Origin: Gracilinanus agilis
Lineage: Eukaryota
DNA: 64,000 bases
NCBI RefSeq assembly: GCF_016433145.1
Contig: NC_058131.1
Span: 601,478,868 to 601,542,867 of the forward strand
Direction of reading: 5' to 3'
Part shown: positions 37,150-49,600 of the stretch, one piece after another
Position numbering within the stretch: the first letter of the stretch is position 1
Layout of the letters: each line of letters starts with the position of its first letter
Position numbers and translations under genes: made by a program
Notes under the pieces: generated by a model
Databases searched by the model: none
What the model saw: the letters and a program-made list of their open reading frames with translations, nothing else
Told to the model about the DNA's origin: nothing

Positions 37150-37680
37150 CCCAAATTGCTTGAGGCGGCTCGGCACTCCCTCCGGATTAGAGGAGGAGCT
37201 TCTCTATTTCAGGGAAGCCCCACCCCGCCGCGAGGATTGAATGTCGTAGCGGAGCGTGACTTGGAGGTTTGGACACTTCTGCTTTGACCGTGGGCTTTCT
37301 GGAAGCTGTCAGTAGTTAGAGCGACCGTGAGGGCTGGGCGAACTTTTAGAAAGTTTTGTCGGGAGTTGGAGCTCCTTCACGGACTGGATGGACCTTTTGG
37401 AATCTTTGCTGGGAGCTGGGACTACTTTAGGGACTAGACCGATGGGGCTTTAGGAAACTTTGCGGGACGTTAGAGCTAGCGCAGGGACTCCACGGACGGG
37501 ACGGGCGTAAACCTGAAGAACTAGGACTGGGCAAGATTGGGTCGGAACCGGCTGGCACACGTGCTTACTTAAGCTGGGAAAGGACCTGGCTCTACACAGC
37601 CGCCATGAGGAGAAGGTGATGTTTCTAGTGGAGTCTTCCCGACAGGGTCGCGGAATGTGGCAACCTAAGGTCTATAGCCA
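37150..37680 (+). promoter_or_regulatory. PRC1-like promoter/5'UTR CpG-rich region
   Basis: CpG-rich segment in AT-rich surroundings, ending at the Kozak ATG; GC box at 37223-37229; CCAAT upstream at 36939 and 37019. Confidence 0.7.
37605..37615 (+). CDS. PRC1-like: PRC1-like exon 1 coding part (MRR-S)
   Basis: Kozak gccgccATG, ATGAGGAGAAG|gt; same 11-nt structure as PRC1 exon 1 (from memory); phase 2 fits exon 2. Confidence 0.9.
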
Positions 37681-40600
37681 GGAAAGGGAGAGGAAAGCTC
37701 GGACTTTGCTCCGGATGCGCTGGGGTTTGAGAGAATCCCCAATTAAGCCCTAGTTCCTAATGCCTGGCTTCTAGTACGCGTTTAATAAAAGCTTAAAAGG
37801 TTGAATGAAGGGGCTTGCTTAGTTCCATCTGCTCTCCCCTTAGTGTTTGCAAATAAATATCAGAGAATTAAAAGGAGAGCTAATTTTTTGGGTTATGTGT
37901 GTGAAAATGGAGATTGAAAGTGGGAGTGGTGGACACTGTGTGCATGAGTATGCCATGAAGGCTTCATGGAAGAGGGTGTCCTTTGGGTTTTGAAGAATGG
38001 GCAGAATTTAATTTGGCATGAATAAAGAGGATTTTCCAGTCATGGGGAACTTTAAAGAGAAGAAAGAGTAAGAGAATTTATTGCAGGGTGTGAGGAGGCC
38101 AGTTGGACTAGACTGACCTCTAAGAATATGGATTTTCTTGTATTTTCCTTTGAATCCCAGAGCTTAGCACAGTGCCTGGCACAAAGATGGGCCCTTATAA
38201 GTGTTTATTGAAGGAATTTAGTTTATGAAGGGAAATTTGTAGTAAGGCTATAGAAGTTACACCCAAATGGGAATGGGCTGTCAGTACTTAGGTATGGAGC
38301 ACCAGGAATGGCTTTGGAGAAGAGGAATAAAGAGATTGGGCCTATGTTTGGAAGGGACGGTAGAAACTCCTCACTAAAGCAAGAATCTCCTTTGACATAT
38401 TCCTGAAAAGATCTCTTTGAAGATCTCTACTGGCAGAGAACTCTCAGCTGTTTTCAATAAGTCTTTGAGCTGAACTCTGATTTTCTGTAGCTTCTACCTA
38501 TTTGCCTTAGTTTTGACTTATATGGCCAAGCAAACCAAAATTCATCTCTGCTATATGACAGCCCTTGAGATACTTAAATACAATGGTCATAGTTTCCATG
38601 AATCTGTTCTAGGCAAATAGGTCCAGTTCCTTTACCAATTCTCTACACTTTCATGATTGATAAGTTAATATATATATAACCAGAAAGGCAATGGCCTTCT
38701 TAAGACACAGCAGCCAGTACTGTGGTCTAACATGATCAATCAGGGTTTATAGCTCATAGCAGTTAACTTATAAATCCTTGTTGATTTACCATAGTGGGTC
38801 TGTTGATGTCCCTGTTCTGCTACCTAATAAACCCTTCCCTAAACTCCAGGTTTTTTCCCTTCATATCATCAGGAATTAAGTCAACAAGCATTTATTAAGT
38901 ATTGACTGTAGGCTAGGCACTGGGCTAAGTGCTTAAATTAAATGAATATTTTTCTGAAAAAGTGTTTCCCCAGAACTTCTGCCTTTGGTAGTGAAGACTT
39001 TGACTTGCTCTGATATATGAATATTCTCAGATTATCAGGTTTAGCCTTGTCTCCTTCTGATACAGGTTTACCACAAAATGTTGAAACTTGGGTGCTTCTC
39101 TTTATTGCCTTTTCTTCCTTCAGAAAGATGAAATTCTCAATGCAAATCAAGAATTTCAGATGTTCAGTTCAACAAACATTAAGTTTGGTAACCCAAATCC
39201 TACAGATTGCATACTAGGTGCAATGACCCTCTCTGTCATTAATGTCAGGAAAATGCGTGCTTATCATGAGTGTTCAGCATTGATCCAGTTGTATATTTCA
39301 CTTCAAAAGAGGATTTCTTATAGATGATGAGATCCAGATGCTTCTGTTGTTCTGATGACATTGTGCTGGTTGCATTAAGCCCCTGAATGTTACAAAGCCT
39401 CCATCATGTCTCAAAAAAAATTTGCTTAATCACAAACACAGGAAAAATCAAGTGAATGCAGAATGCTTATTGCCCAGAGAAACTGTAGAACCATTCATTG
39501 ACTTATAGATCTTGGATAAATATAGCAAATGGAGATGAAGTTGAAGAATTGAATATATGAGATTTTTTAAAGTGATAATTTTTGTTTATATCACTTAATG
39601 TTTCCTAAATGTCCTCTTCTCATCTCACCTCAGCCAGCCAAGCCATACCCTATGCCAGTGATGGCAAACCTTTTAGAGACCAGTGCCCAAACTATAACTC
39701 TCACACTGCATGTGAGCTGCCCCCTTGCCCCAGACAGGGGAGGGAGGACTGCTGGGCAGAGGGGCAGGTGATGTAAAAAATATCCTCAGGCATGGTGGAG
39801 AGCATGAGAAGGGAGCAGTCCTCTCCAGCATGCATGCCATAGGTTCACCAACATGGCCCTATAACAAAAAATAAGAGAGAAAAAGCAGTTTTGCAAAATC
39901 AACCAAGTCTCATAGGGATGTATAGAATATTCCAGATCCTTAGTTTCCAAAGGAAGGAGGTACATTTTCTCAACCCTTCTCCAAAGATCATTGGATTTTA
40001 AATAATTGTTCGAAAAAAGGTTTTTTTGTTTGTTTGTTTGCTCGTTGTTTTTTTTTAAGACCAGGGATATCTGAGGATGTTTGTAAGTAGTAAGGATTGA
40101 AGATGCAAGAAAAGCAATAAATTGAACAGAGCATTAGGGGAAGTGGAAGGAATACTTTTGGCAAAAGGAAAGAAGCCATCTCCTCTAAGATAGGAGGGAA
40201 AGAAAGAAAAGATATGAAGGCGCTGAGTACTGAGAAGAATAATTGTTGGGGTTGAATGATCTTGATCTCAAGTAGAGATCATCTACTTGGGTATATAGGA
40301 ATAAAAATTCATATATACTTAGCTGACTACGTATGAAAAAAGAGATTAAAACTCAGCAGCTTTGCTAGTAAACTTTCAGGGAGTATTGTAACATAGCACT
40401 TCACCAGGACTGTAAAATCTGATATAGCAATCCTTTTATCATCTTTCCCCCCATTCTTTCCATGGATCTTCAGAAAGGTCTATATAGACTAGTTTCAGAC
40501 CTTCAGAAAGGTCTATATAGACTAGTTTTTGGCCTTTTATTGGTTCAAAGTTGGGGTGCCAAGCTTGCCTAGTATCAGCTAGAAAGAACTCTCAAGGCCA

Positions 40601-43600
40601 CCTTGTAGCAACCTCATTTTTTTGGATGAGGAAACTGAGGCCCAGATAAATTGTCATTAATGAGACTCTTCTCATAGCTACATGTCTCTTTTATGCACAT
40701 GTCCAAAACTCTCTTAAATTTGGGATTTTCCATATCCTCAGGACTCCTATTCTCAGAAATATTTCTAGGAAAGCAGGTGTGCAAATATATTAAACGTACA
40801 TAAATAAAATCTATGTTGATCATATTGAAGAAATTTTAGCTCTCAGACAACTATGCCAATCATTGATCATTAAAATAATTAGTTCAACCTTCCTTTAGCA
40901 GCTTAGCTTTAACAACTCCTAATACTAAAGCATGTATATACCATAGTCAAGCAAAGAAGACACAGGTAGAGAAGGGATATGATGAATAGGTCTAACATTC
41001 AAGAAATATGGTTAGGTAGGACAGAAATTGAGGTTGCTATCTATAGTGAAAGTACCTTCAGGGAAGATAAAATAGGGCACCTTTCCCGGGGTTTGATGGG
41101 ATTCTTCTTGCTGAAGTGCTTAGAGCCCTTGAATAGGGAGAAAAAAAGAATTTCTGGGTTTCTTAGGCCTCAGAAAAAGTAAGAGAGCCTGGGGATTTGG
41201 AAGTGAGAAGTACAGGTGTTTTCTGAGCCCTTTTCTAAGCCAAAGGGGAAACATTTTGATAAAATTGCCCTTCCCAAAGCCAGAAGTGCAGCGAGAGAAC
41301 AAAATCCTAGCTCTGTCTTTTATATATTTTTCAAATTGCACAGTATAATGTAATTGTCACATTTTTTAGTTTCTTTGTGTTTTGAAGTTTTCCACCCTCA
41401 CCCAGCAGACTTTTGTTGTAGCAGAGAAGTATAATTAATCAAAATAAGCCACCACATTGGCTGTCTGGCCACATATTCTTTCTGTACTAATAGTCTCTCA
41501 CTTTTCTGCTGAGATGGGAAGGTGAATTTTACCATTACTCTTCTGGAATCAAGACTCAATACCATATTATTCTGAGTTTTCCCTTTTCACTATTGTAGTT
41601 ATGGTGTTGATTATTCTTTTGGTTCTGCTCATTTTGCTCAGCATCAGGTTATACAAGTGTAAAACCTGTTTCATCAAGTTGTTCCACAGTGGCTATAGAT
41701 AGATATTGTGTATTTATAGGTCAGATGGATTGTGTCGGGTAGGAGAAGGAAAGTTTGTATTGGAAGTTGGGAAATTACAGTTGCAATTGTCATTCTGAGG
41801 TGCTTCCAGATTGAGTTAGGGAGTTTTATTGTCGATTTCTAATGAAAAATGGAGGACAGAGAGAAAGAAGGTGAAGAGAAACGTTTTTCGGAATTGTCTT
41901 AACCATTATGTTATAAAGAAACATAAGCAGAATTTTTCGAAGAGACTGAGGAAATAGCACTTTAGAGAGTATCTTAGAAATGATAATTACTGTTAGAGTG
42001 AAAAGAAAACAAAACAAAAAAGGATTAAAATAACCTATTTCTAAATTTAATTCTAATCTTCAGGAGAAATATGAAGAAGATTCTTGAGAGACTTTAGTCA
42101 GTATCTAGTGTGAGCTGAATGGTGAAATTGTGTTTCCAAAACTAAAATCATCAGCGATAATAATGATGGTTTGAGGTGACTCCAGCTGCGAAACCAAAAT
42201 GTTGGAAATATTTACACCTTTGTTTTATTATTGATTTAATTTTGTAATGAGTTGTATGTTTAGTCATTTTAATGTTTTCTGTACTAAAGTCATGGGAGAT
42301 CAAAGCATTTAACATACAGAGAGGAATGAATGACTACTCTTGGGAAAATAAATTTCTCTCCTTTAATGAACTAGAGATTTGAGCTGTCTGATTAATGAGA
42401 AAGAGGTTGCAATTTTATTAAGAAAATCTAGTCATATCTCTGGATTTTACATGATTTAATATGGGAATGAGTTAAGTGGCAGGCTAAATAAGATATGTGA
42501 CATACCTATGAATGCTGTCTCCTTTCTTATTTCTAAGTCTCTCTGTATTGTCCTAACATTTCTTACAGCGCGATAATATTCCATTCCATTCATATGCCAG
42601 AGTTCGTTCAGTGATTCCCCAATTAATGGTACCAATTGATTTGTTTCCAGTTTTTCCCCCTACCATAAAAATACTGTTATAAACATTACGTACACACAAA
42701 TATTTATAACAGCAATGTAGCTATATGGACAGGTAGCTAGGACTGTTCCTTGTCTTTGATCTCTTTGGGGTAGATGTCCATCACTAGGACAAAGGGTATA
42801 AGATAGTTTTATGATCTTTCCTTGTGCATCCAAATTGCCTTCTAGTGCCTCCCTTATTTTCCATTTGTAGGGAGATCTATATAACCATTCTTTGTCCCAG
42901 TATACCTCTTTCTCTTTCATTCTATTTAACCTTGCAAACATTTTTTAAAATTCTCTACCCACATGTGGTAGGTAGCTATACAAAAGATGATTATAATACA
43001 TATAGGAAGCCATGTTAAAATGTATAGAGGGCTTAGTTTTCTTAAGAAACCATTCTGATTTACTGTTGGGGAGAGAGATAGCATAGGGAGAATACCTATA
43101 GAGACTTGTGACAAAGAATTAAAAAAAAAAAAGGAAAAGTGCTTCTATACAGAATTGGAGGAAAATATTGTTGGAAAAAAAAAAGGAAAAGCAGTTCAAC
43201 AAAATCAGCTAATAAATCAATAGTATCTGACAGTAGGTGCATTTTTCTCCAATGATAATCCCTTACTTCTGCAAAAAAGAAAGGGAGGTGCATTTTTTCA
43301 AATCTCCTCTGGGACCACACTTTGTCATTAAAATTATACAACATTCAGTTTCGTGTTCTTTCAGCACAATAATAATACACTATTATATTGGCATACCACC
43401 ATTTGTTTGGGTATTCATTTCTCAGTTGGTGGGTATCTACTTTGTTTCAAGTCAATCATTGCCACAAAAGAAAATGCTATTATCAATATTTTGGTGTTTA
43501 TGGGACCACTGTTTCTGTCTTTGACTTCTGTTAGGCTATATGTATAGTAGTAGATTCTCTGGGTTAAAGAGTTTCAACATTTTAGTTGCCTTTTTTTTAA

Positions 43601-46600
43601 AAGGACAATTCCAAATTACTTTCCAGAATTGTTGGGCCAAACCACAGATCTAATTCCAACAAAGACACCAACAGTGTATTAAAGAACCTGTTGTTCCATA
43701 GCATCTCTAGCGTTATTTCTAGCTTTTGTCATTGTTTGCCCATTTGCTGGGTGTGAAGTGAAACCTCAGAGTCTTCTTGTGCCTTTCTCTTATTAGTGAT
43801 TTGGAACAATCTTTCAAATGGCTGTTGGTATTTATATTTCTTTTGAGAACTGTTGGTTCACATCCTTTGACCACTTACCTGTTTAAGAATATTACTTGGC
43901 TGTATATATTCAGATTATTTCCATGGGCAAGTCATATACTCTCTCTAAGCCTCAGTTACCCCTTCTATTAAATAAGGAAAACAATGCCTGCCATACTCTA
44001 CCTCAAGGGGTCATTATTAGAATCAGATGAGATAATCTTTAAGCGAAATGCTTTGTAAACTTTAAGAACCTCTCTTATCGTTGGCTATTATTCTGGATAA
44101 AGGGGAGTTTACAATAAGGGAATTTCCTTTTCTTCCCTTTATCAACTCATTTTTATTGTGGGACCTTTCTGGAGGCTAAATTGTGAGTTACCCCTGTGAT
44201 CAGAATGACTTAATTTCCATGAATTGATTGATGTGGTGCTTTTTTAAGTCCTTATAAATGTTGTCTCCAGTTTAGACAATGTTGCTTGATTTGGCAGGTC
44301 CATTTTTTTTTTCTTTTTGCTGCTTAGTGAAATCTTGGCACGGGACTTTGTGGGCTGTTTCTTCAAAGCTTTGGATCGACTTCAAGAAATCTGGGACTTG
44401 ATTGGGATTCCAGAGAACCAAAGGCTTCAGAGGTTTGAAAATGTCACACAGCATGTCCAAGTGAGTGGAGCCACAATCTTCTTTGTGGCCTCAAGGCTCT
44501 GAATTCACATCTGCTGACAATGGGCACATATCTCCAATTTGGCCTTTGTGAAATTGTTAACATTAAGACATCATGGAGGGGAGCAGTGAGGTGACTCATT
44601 GGCAGCTAGGTGGCTCAGCCAGGCCTAGAGATGTAGGTCCTAGGTTCAAATGTGGCCTCAGACACTCCTAGCTGTGTGACCCTGGGCAACTTACTAAACC
44701 CCCCTTGCCCATCCTTTACTGTTCTTCTGCCTTGGAACCAAAACACAGTATTGATTCTAAGGTGGAAGGTGAGGGTTAAAAAAAAAAGATGTCATGTGCT
44801 TTGTCTGTTGTAGGGGTCATCTGTTCTTGAAATACTATGAAATTGGTTTTTTCCCTTTTTTCTTTTAAACCCCTCCCCACTTTAGTGATCCATGGACTGA
44901 TTCTATTTTGCTTTAGAAACTCTTAGACATGATGATTGAAGAGGAAGAAAGCCTGAAAGAAAGACTACTAAAAAGAATTGAGTCATATCGAGAAGAACTG
45001 AACATTCTATTCAAAGAGTTAAAATTGGAACCATTTCTGGTAAATCTTATACTAAATGCAGCCTCTTGGAATTTAGTTACCAGCACTTGATGCAGAGGAC
45101 CAAGACCAGGCCCCCAAAATCTAAAGTCATAGCCCTGTCAGATGTATTTTCTGAGATTCAGGTCTACTTTTCCATCTGCTTGCTAGACATAACCACTGGG
45201 AGCAAAACCAGGACTGTAGGGCTATGGCAAAGAGGATGACACTTCTACACAGCCATTGATCTTCGTTACAGGGAAGGGACAATTGCCCTGTACCACCACT
45301 CACTTGGTGTTCCCCGGCCTGCCAGCTACATTTTCTCTTTCCCTGGGAGCACCACTGGGGAGGTAAGAGGAAGATACAAAATCTTAATTCCAAGAGAGGC
45401 CTCTGAGAAATGGTTCCCCTTCTTTTGGAGGTCTGGTTAGATACTTTCCCTTTCCCTTATTTTTCTAGAAAGCAAGCCTCCTTCCAACAATGCCCCTCTT
45501 TGGTCCTTTAAGCCCTCCCTGGTGAAGAGTTCTAAAATGATCATTGGGTATTGTGTTGGTAGTATTGTAGTCAGTTTTATATTGCAGTAAGTGGTTGGCT
45601 CCAGTGGCCTTGTGTCTACTGCACATGTCATTCCCCACTCTTCTGCCCAGGGACTGGGCCTACATCTCCTGCCACTTAGCCAGCGTCAACTACTCTATTC
45701 CTGTGCTGGGACAGGACAAGTGCTGTGATGGGGACCTGAGCTCTTCTGCCCTATGCTAGGGCAGAGTATTACTATAGGCTTGCATCTTTGGGACCTCCCA
45801 TCTCTGGGCCTGCCTCTCAACCCACTGAACTACCTAACTACCTCCAGGTACAGTTCTTTAGGAATTTAGGAGTATACTCACTTTAGTCTTTCCTTGCCAA
45901 TGGAAAGTTATTTTTTTAATATCCCAGAAGTGGAAGGCACCTCACAGTAAGCACATAAGGTCTCTAGAAGGATCTAGAGATGCAGCTAATTTATTCAATA
46001 GTTAGAGGACTTGACTTGAAGTCAAGAAGAACTGAATCTCTAAACGATCACTCTAATGCAAATATCAATAATATAGAAATAGGTTTTGATCAATGACACA
46101 CGTAAAACCCAGTGGAATTGAGCATTGGCTACAGGAGGGGAGGGAAAAACATGAATCATGTAACCATGGAAAAATTTTCTTAATCAATTAAATAAAATTT
46201 AAAAAAAAGAGTCACTTAATATCTTAAAAAAAAAAAAAAAAGAACTGAATCAAAATCATGCCTCAAATCCTAGCTGTGTGACCCTGGGCAAAACTGCCTT
46301 AATGTCTATCTACATATTTTTTCAACTATAAAATAGAGATAATACCTACCTGCCAATGTTGTTATGAAGGTAAAATGAGATGTTTGTAAAGTGCTCTGCA
46401 AACTTAACTTAAAATGTTATAGAAATATTAGCTATTATTATTATTATTATTATTACTATTATTATTGTCACCAAAATCATCAGCAGAAATATTGCTAGTC
46501 TGGGTTTACCTTCCTCTCAGAGCATTCACTGCCCATTCTCCTGTTTCAAAAAGCTTTTTAGGAGTCCTGCATGACTGTGCCAATTATTCTTGACTTTACC

Positions 46601-49600
46601 TGCCTAAGGTCAGAATCCCTGGTAGTTTTAGGTTCAATATTAGAACAAAATTTAGCCAGAGAAATTTACTTAACCGTATCAGAAGGATGTCCAGCAGAGA
46701 TAGGCATTAAGATCATCACCAGTTTGATTCAACTGAGAGAATGTAGGATTTAAAACAATGTTCAATACTCAAATCAGTGATTCCCAAAGTGGGCGCCACC
46801 GCCCCCTGGTGGGTGCTGCAGTGATCCAGGGAGGTGATGATGGCCACAGGTGCATTTGGGGGTGGTGAATAACTGTAAGGGGGCAGTGATAGTATGTGTC
46901 AGGGGGCGCTAAGTAATATTTTTTCTGGAAAGGGGGTAAAGTTTGGGAACCACTGCTCCAAGTATTATATTTTATTAAGTTTATTAATAATCTCTTGAAA
47001 TAAAGGAATAAAAAGGAAATAGAAGTATAAAAACATAATTAACCAAAATAAAACCACATGAATAAATTCTCTCACTTCTCCCAAAAAGCCTGCTTCAGCC
47101 AGCCCCCCCCATCACAGGAAGAGAGAGTGAGAGGCAGGACTACACAAAACTTATATTCTCCCAATGGCAGCATGTAATGTGAGAAGGAAAGTGGGGTGCT
47201 GGGAATTGTAGTTCTGGGGTTCAGATTCCAATTATACAAGAAACTTTCTTAGATTCTTTCTGGGGCTATTTCTGATTACCAGGAAGTGATGACACATTAG
47301 TCCCCTGAGCCAACAAAGTGGTACAGATGGCTGGAGTACCTTCTTAGAGAAAACTTTTAAAAGAAAAATTAGCCCAACTTACATGGAAGCAGATATTGAT
47401 CCAGCCATAGCTACCTTTTGCAAGAGGTTTTTCCTGGCTCCCAACCAGCTATTCCACCCTTCCCCTCTAAAATTACCTTTTATCTCCTTGTTACCTATCT
47501 CGATCTACCTATTTATATATATGTTGCCTTCCCTATTAGAATGGAAGATTCTTGAGAGTAGAGTCTGTTTTTGCTTTTTCTTTGTTTCCTCAGTGCTTAG
47601 CATAATGTCTGGCACATAGTAAGTTCTTAGTAAATAATTACTGATTGCTTCATATTCTTATGGTATAGTCAGTCAGGGGTGTGCCAATCAGCTGGGAAAC
47701 ATGAAGTTTTTAGCTTGGAAAAAAAGATCAAAACTGGGGTTCGATTGAGCTGTTTTTAAAAAAACAAAAAAAAATAAGATGAGGAATAACTGGGAAGAAT
47801 AAAAGGATATGGCAAAGATATAAATAACTTGTTGGATAAAGATTAAGCCAGAAAAACAAAGGTGTTTTTTTTTTTAATAACCCTTACCTTCTAAGTATCA
47901 ATACTAAATATTGGTTCCAAGGCAGAAGAGCAGTAAGGACTGGGCAATTGAAGTTAAGTGATTTACCAACGGTCACACAGCTAGGAAGTGTCTGAAGCCA
48001 AATTTGAACCCAGGACCTCCCATTTCTAACCACTGAGCTACCTAACTGCCCCCCCCAAAGCCAGAGGTTTTAAATTACTATCATCCCTAAAGGAGATCAC
48101 TTATAAACTAAACGAATCACCCTAGAAACTAACCAAAACCAAGCTTCTTGACCTTGGCTAGTTTCACTTAAAACTAGTAGAATTACAGATGTTACAAAAA
48201 CATTCTATGATGCTCTGATATATCCACATTGTTTATTTTTTAAAATAAGGAACCTCACAGGATTTTCGCCCCACATCTGGTCCCTGTTGTTGAGGACACA
48301 AATGAGTCGAATTGAGGGTTTCTGTCACCTGCCCTTCCTTTATGTACTCTGACATAGTTGTTTTTAGTGCTTTAGCTCTGACACATTGCTATTTGGCACA
48401 GGAAGGAGAGGACACTACTATCTTGAAGCTAGAGAAGTCTCTTCGAACACAGGTAGAAGAGATGAAAAGACAGAAAGAAGAAAGGCTACAAGAACAGAAA
48501 CGACTCCAAGAACAAGATCAAAAATTGTGTGAGATTCTTTGTATGCTACCATACAGCCTTGACAACAATTCGGTACCCAGCATGGAGGAGCTGAACCAGT
48601 TCAGAAATCACCTGGAAGCTCTGGCAGAAACCAAGGTAGAGTTGATTGTTGACCTTCTTCCTGTGTGTTTCATTCACTTCTGGGGTGCCATATGACTGAC
48701 CTCTTTGGTTTTACAGGCCAGCCGATGGGAGGTGTTTATCAGCACAAAGAAGCAGATTATACTCTGTATGAAAGATTTGGATCATATCCCAGAAACAGAT
48801 TTTGAGAGAGATGTGGTATGTGAGGCTGAAGAGAACTTTTGTCTGTCATCAGAGAACATGACAGCCCTGAAGAATCTACTTTTACAGGTATGCTGATCCA
48901 AGTTCAAGTAATTATTAACTTGATTATAGAATTTTGGAAGGTGACTGCGGCCAGAGCCTGGAGAATTTTTGCTTTGTTCCTGGACGTTGGGTTTATTGGA
49001 TGTAGCCTAGTAGTTTCGCGATAACTTTAAAACCTCCAGTTTTCTTTCTTTTCTTGCCATATGCAAAAGTAGCAAGCTTTTCATCAAGATAGTAACAATA
49101 ATGTAGCTAAATAAAAACCAAGATAATAATTCCCATCACTATTGTTCTTTAAGGTTCGCAAATTGATTTTCTCACAAAAACCCTGTGCACATCCAAAGTT
49201 GGTGTAAATGCTGATACATAGGAATAGTCAATGTTAGAGGAGACATAACCATTTTGAAAAAAAATTTGGAAAAAAAAATTTGACCAATGTTTATTATACC
49301 CTTTAGCCCAGAGATACTGCTGCTAGGTATATATTCCAAGGAGGTCAATGAATTTTTACAAAGGGCTCCATATCTACCAATTTATTTTTCTTTCTTTTTT
49401 TTAAATTTTTTAAACCCTAATATCTTATATATATATATCCTTCTATATTAATTTTATTTGTTATAGGGCTAGGCAATGGGGGTTAAGTGACTTGCCCAGG
49501 GTCACACAGCTAGGAAGTGTCTGAGGCCAGATTTGAACCTAGGACTTCCCATCTCTAGGCCTGGCTCTCAATCCACTGAGCCATCTAGCTGCCCCCCTAC

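Noticed and set aside
34160-37150. VPS33B 3' remnant co-duplicated upstream of the paralog
   Set aside because: No recognisable coding remnant by eye; the region is SINEs, MITE and AT-rich DNA.
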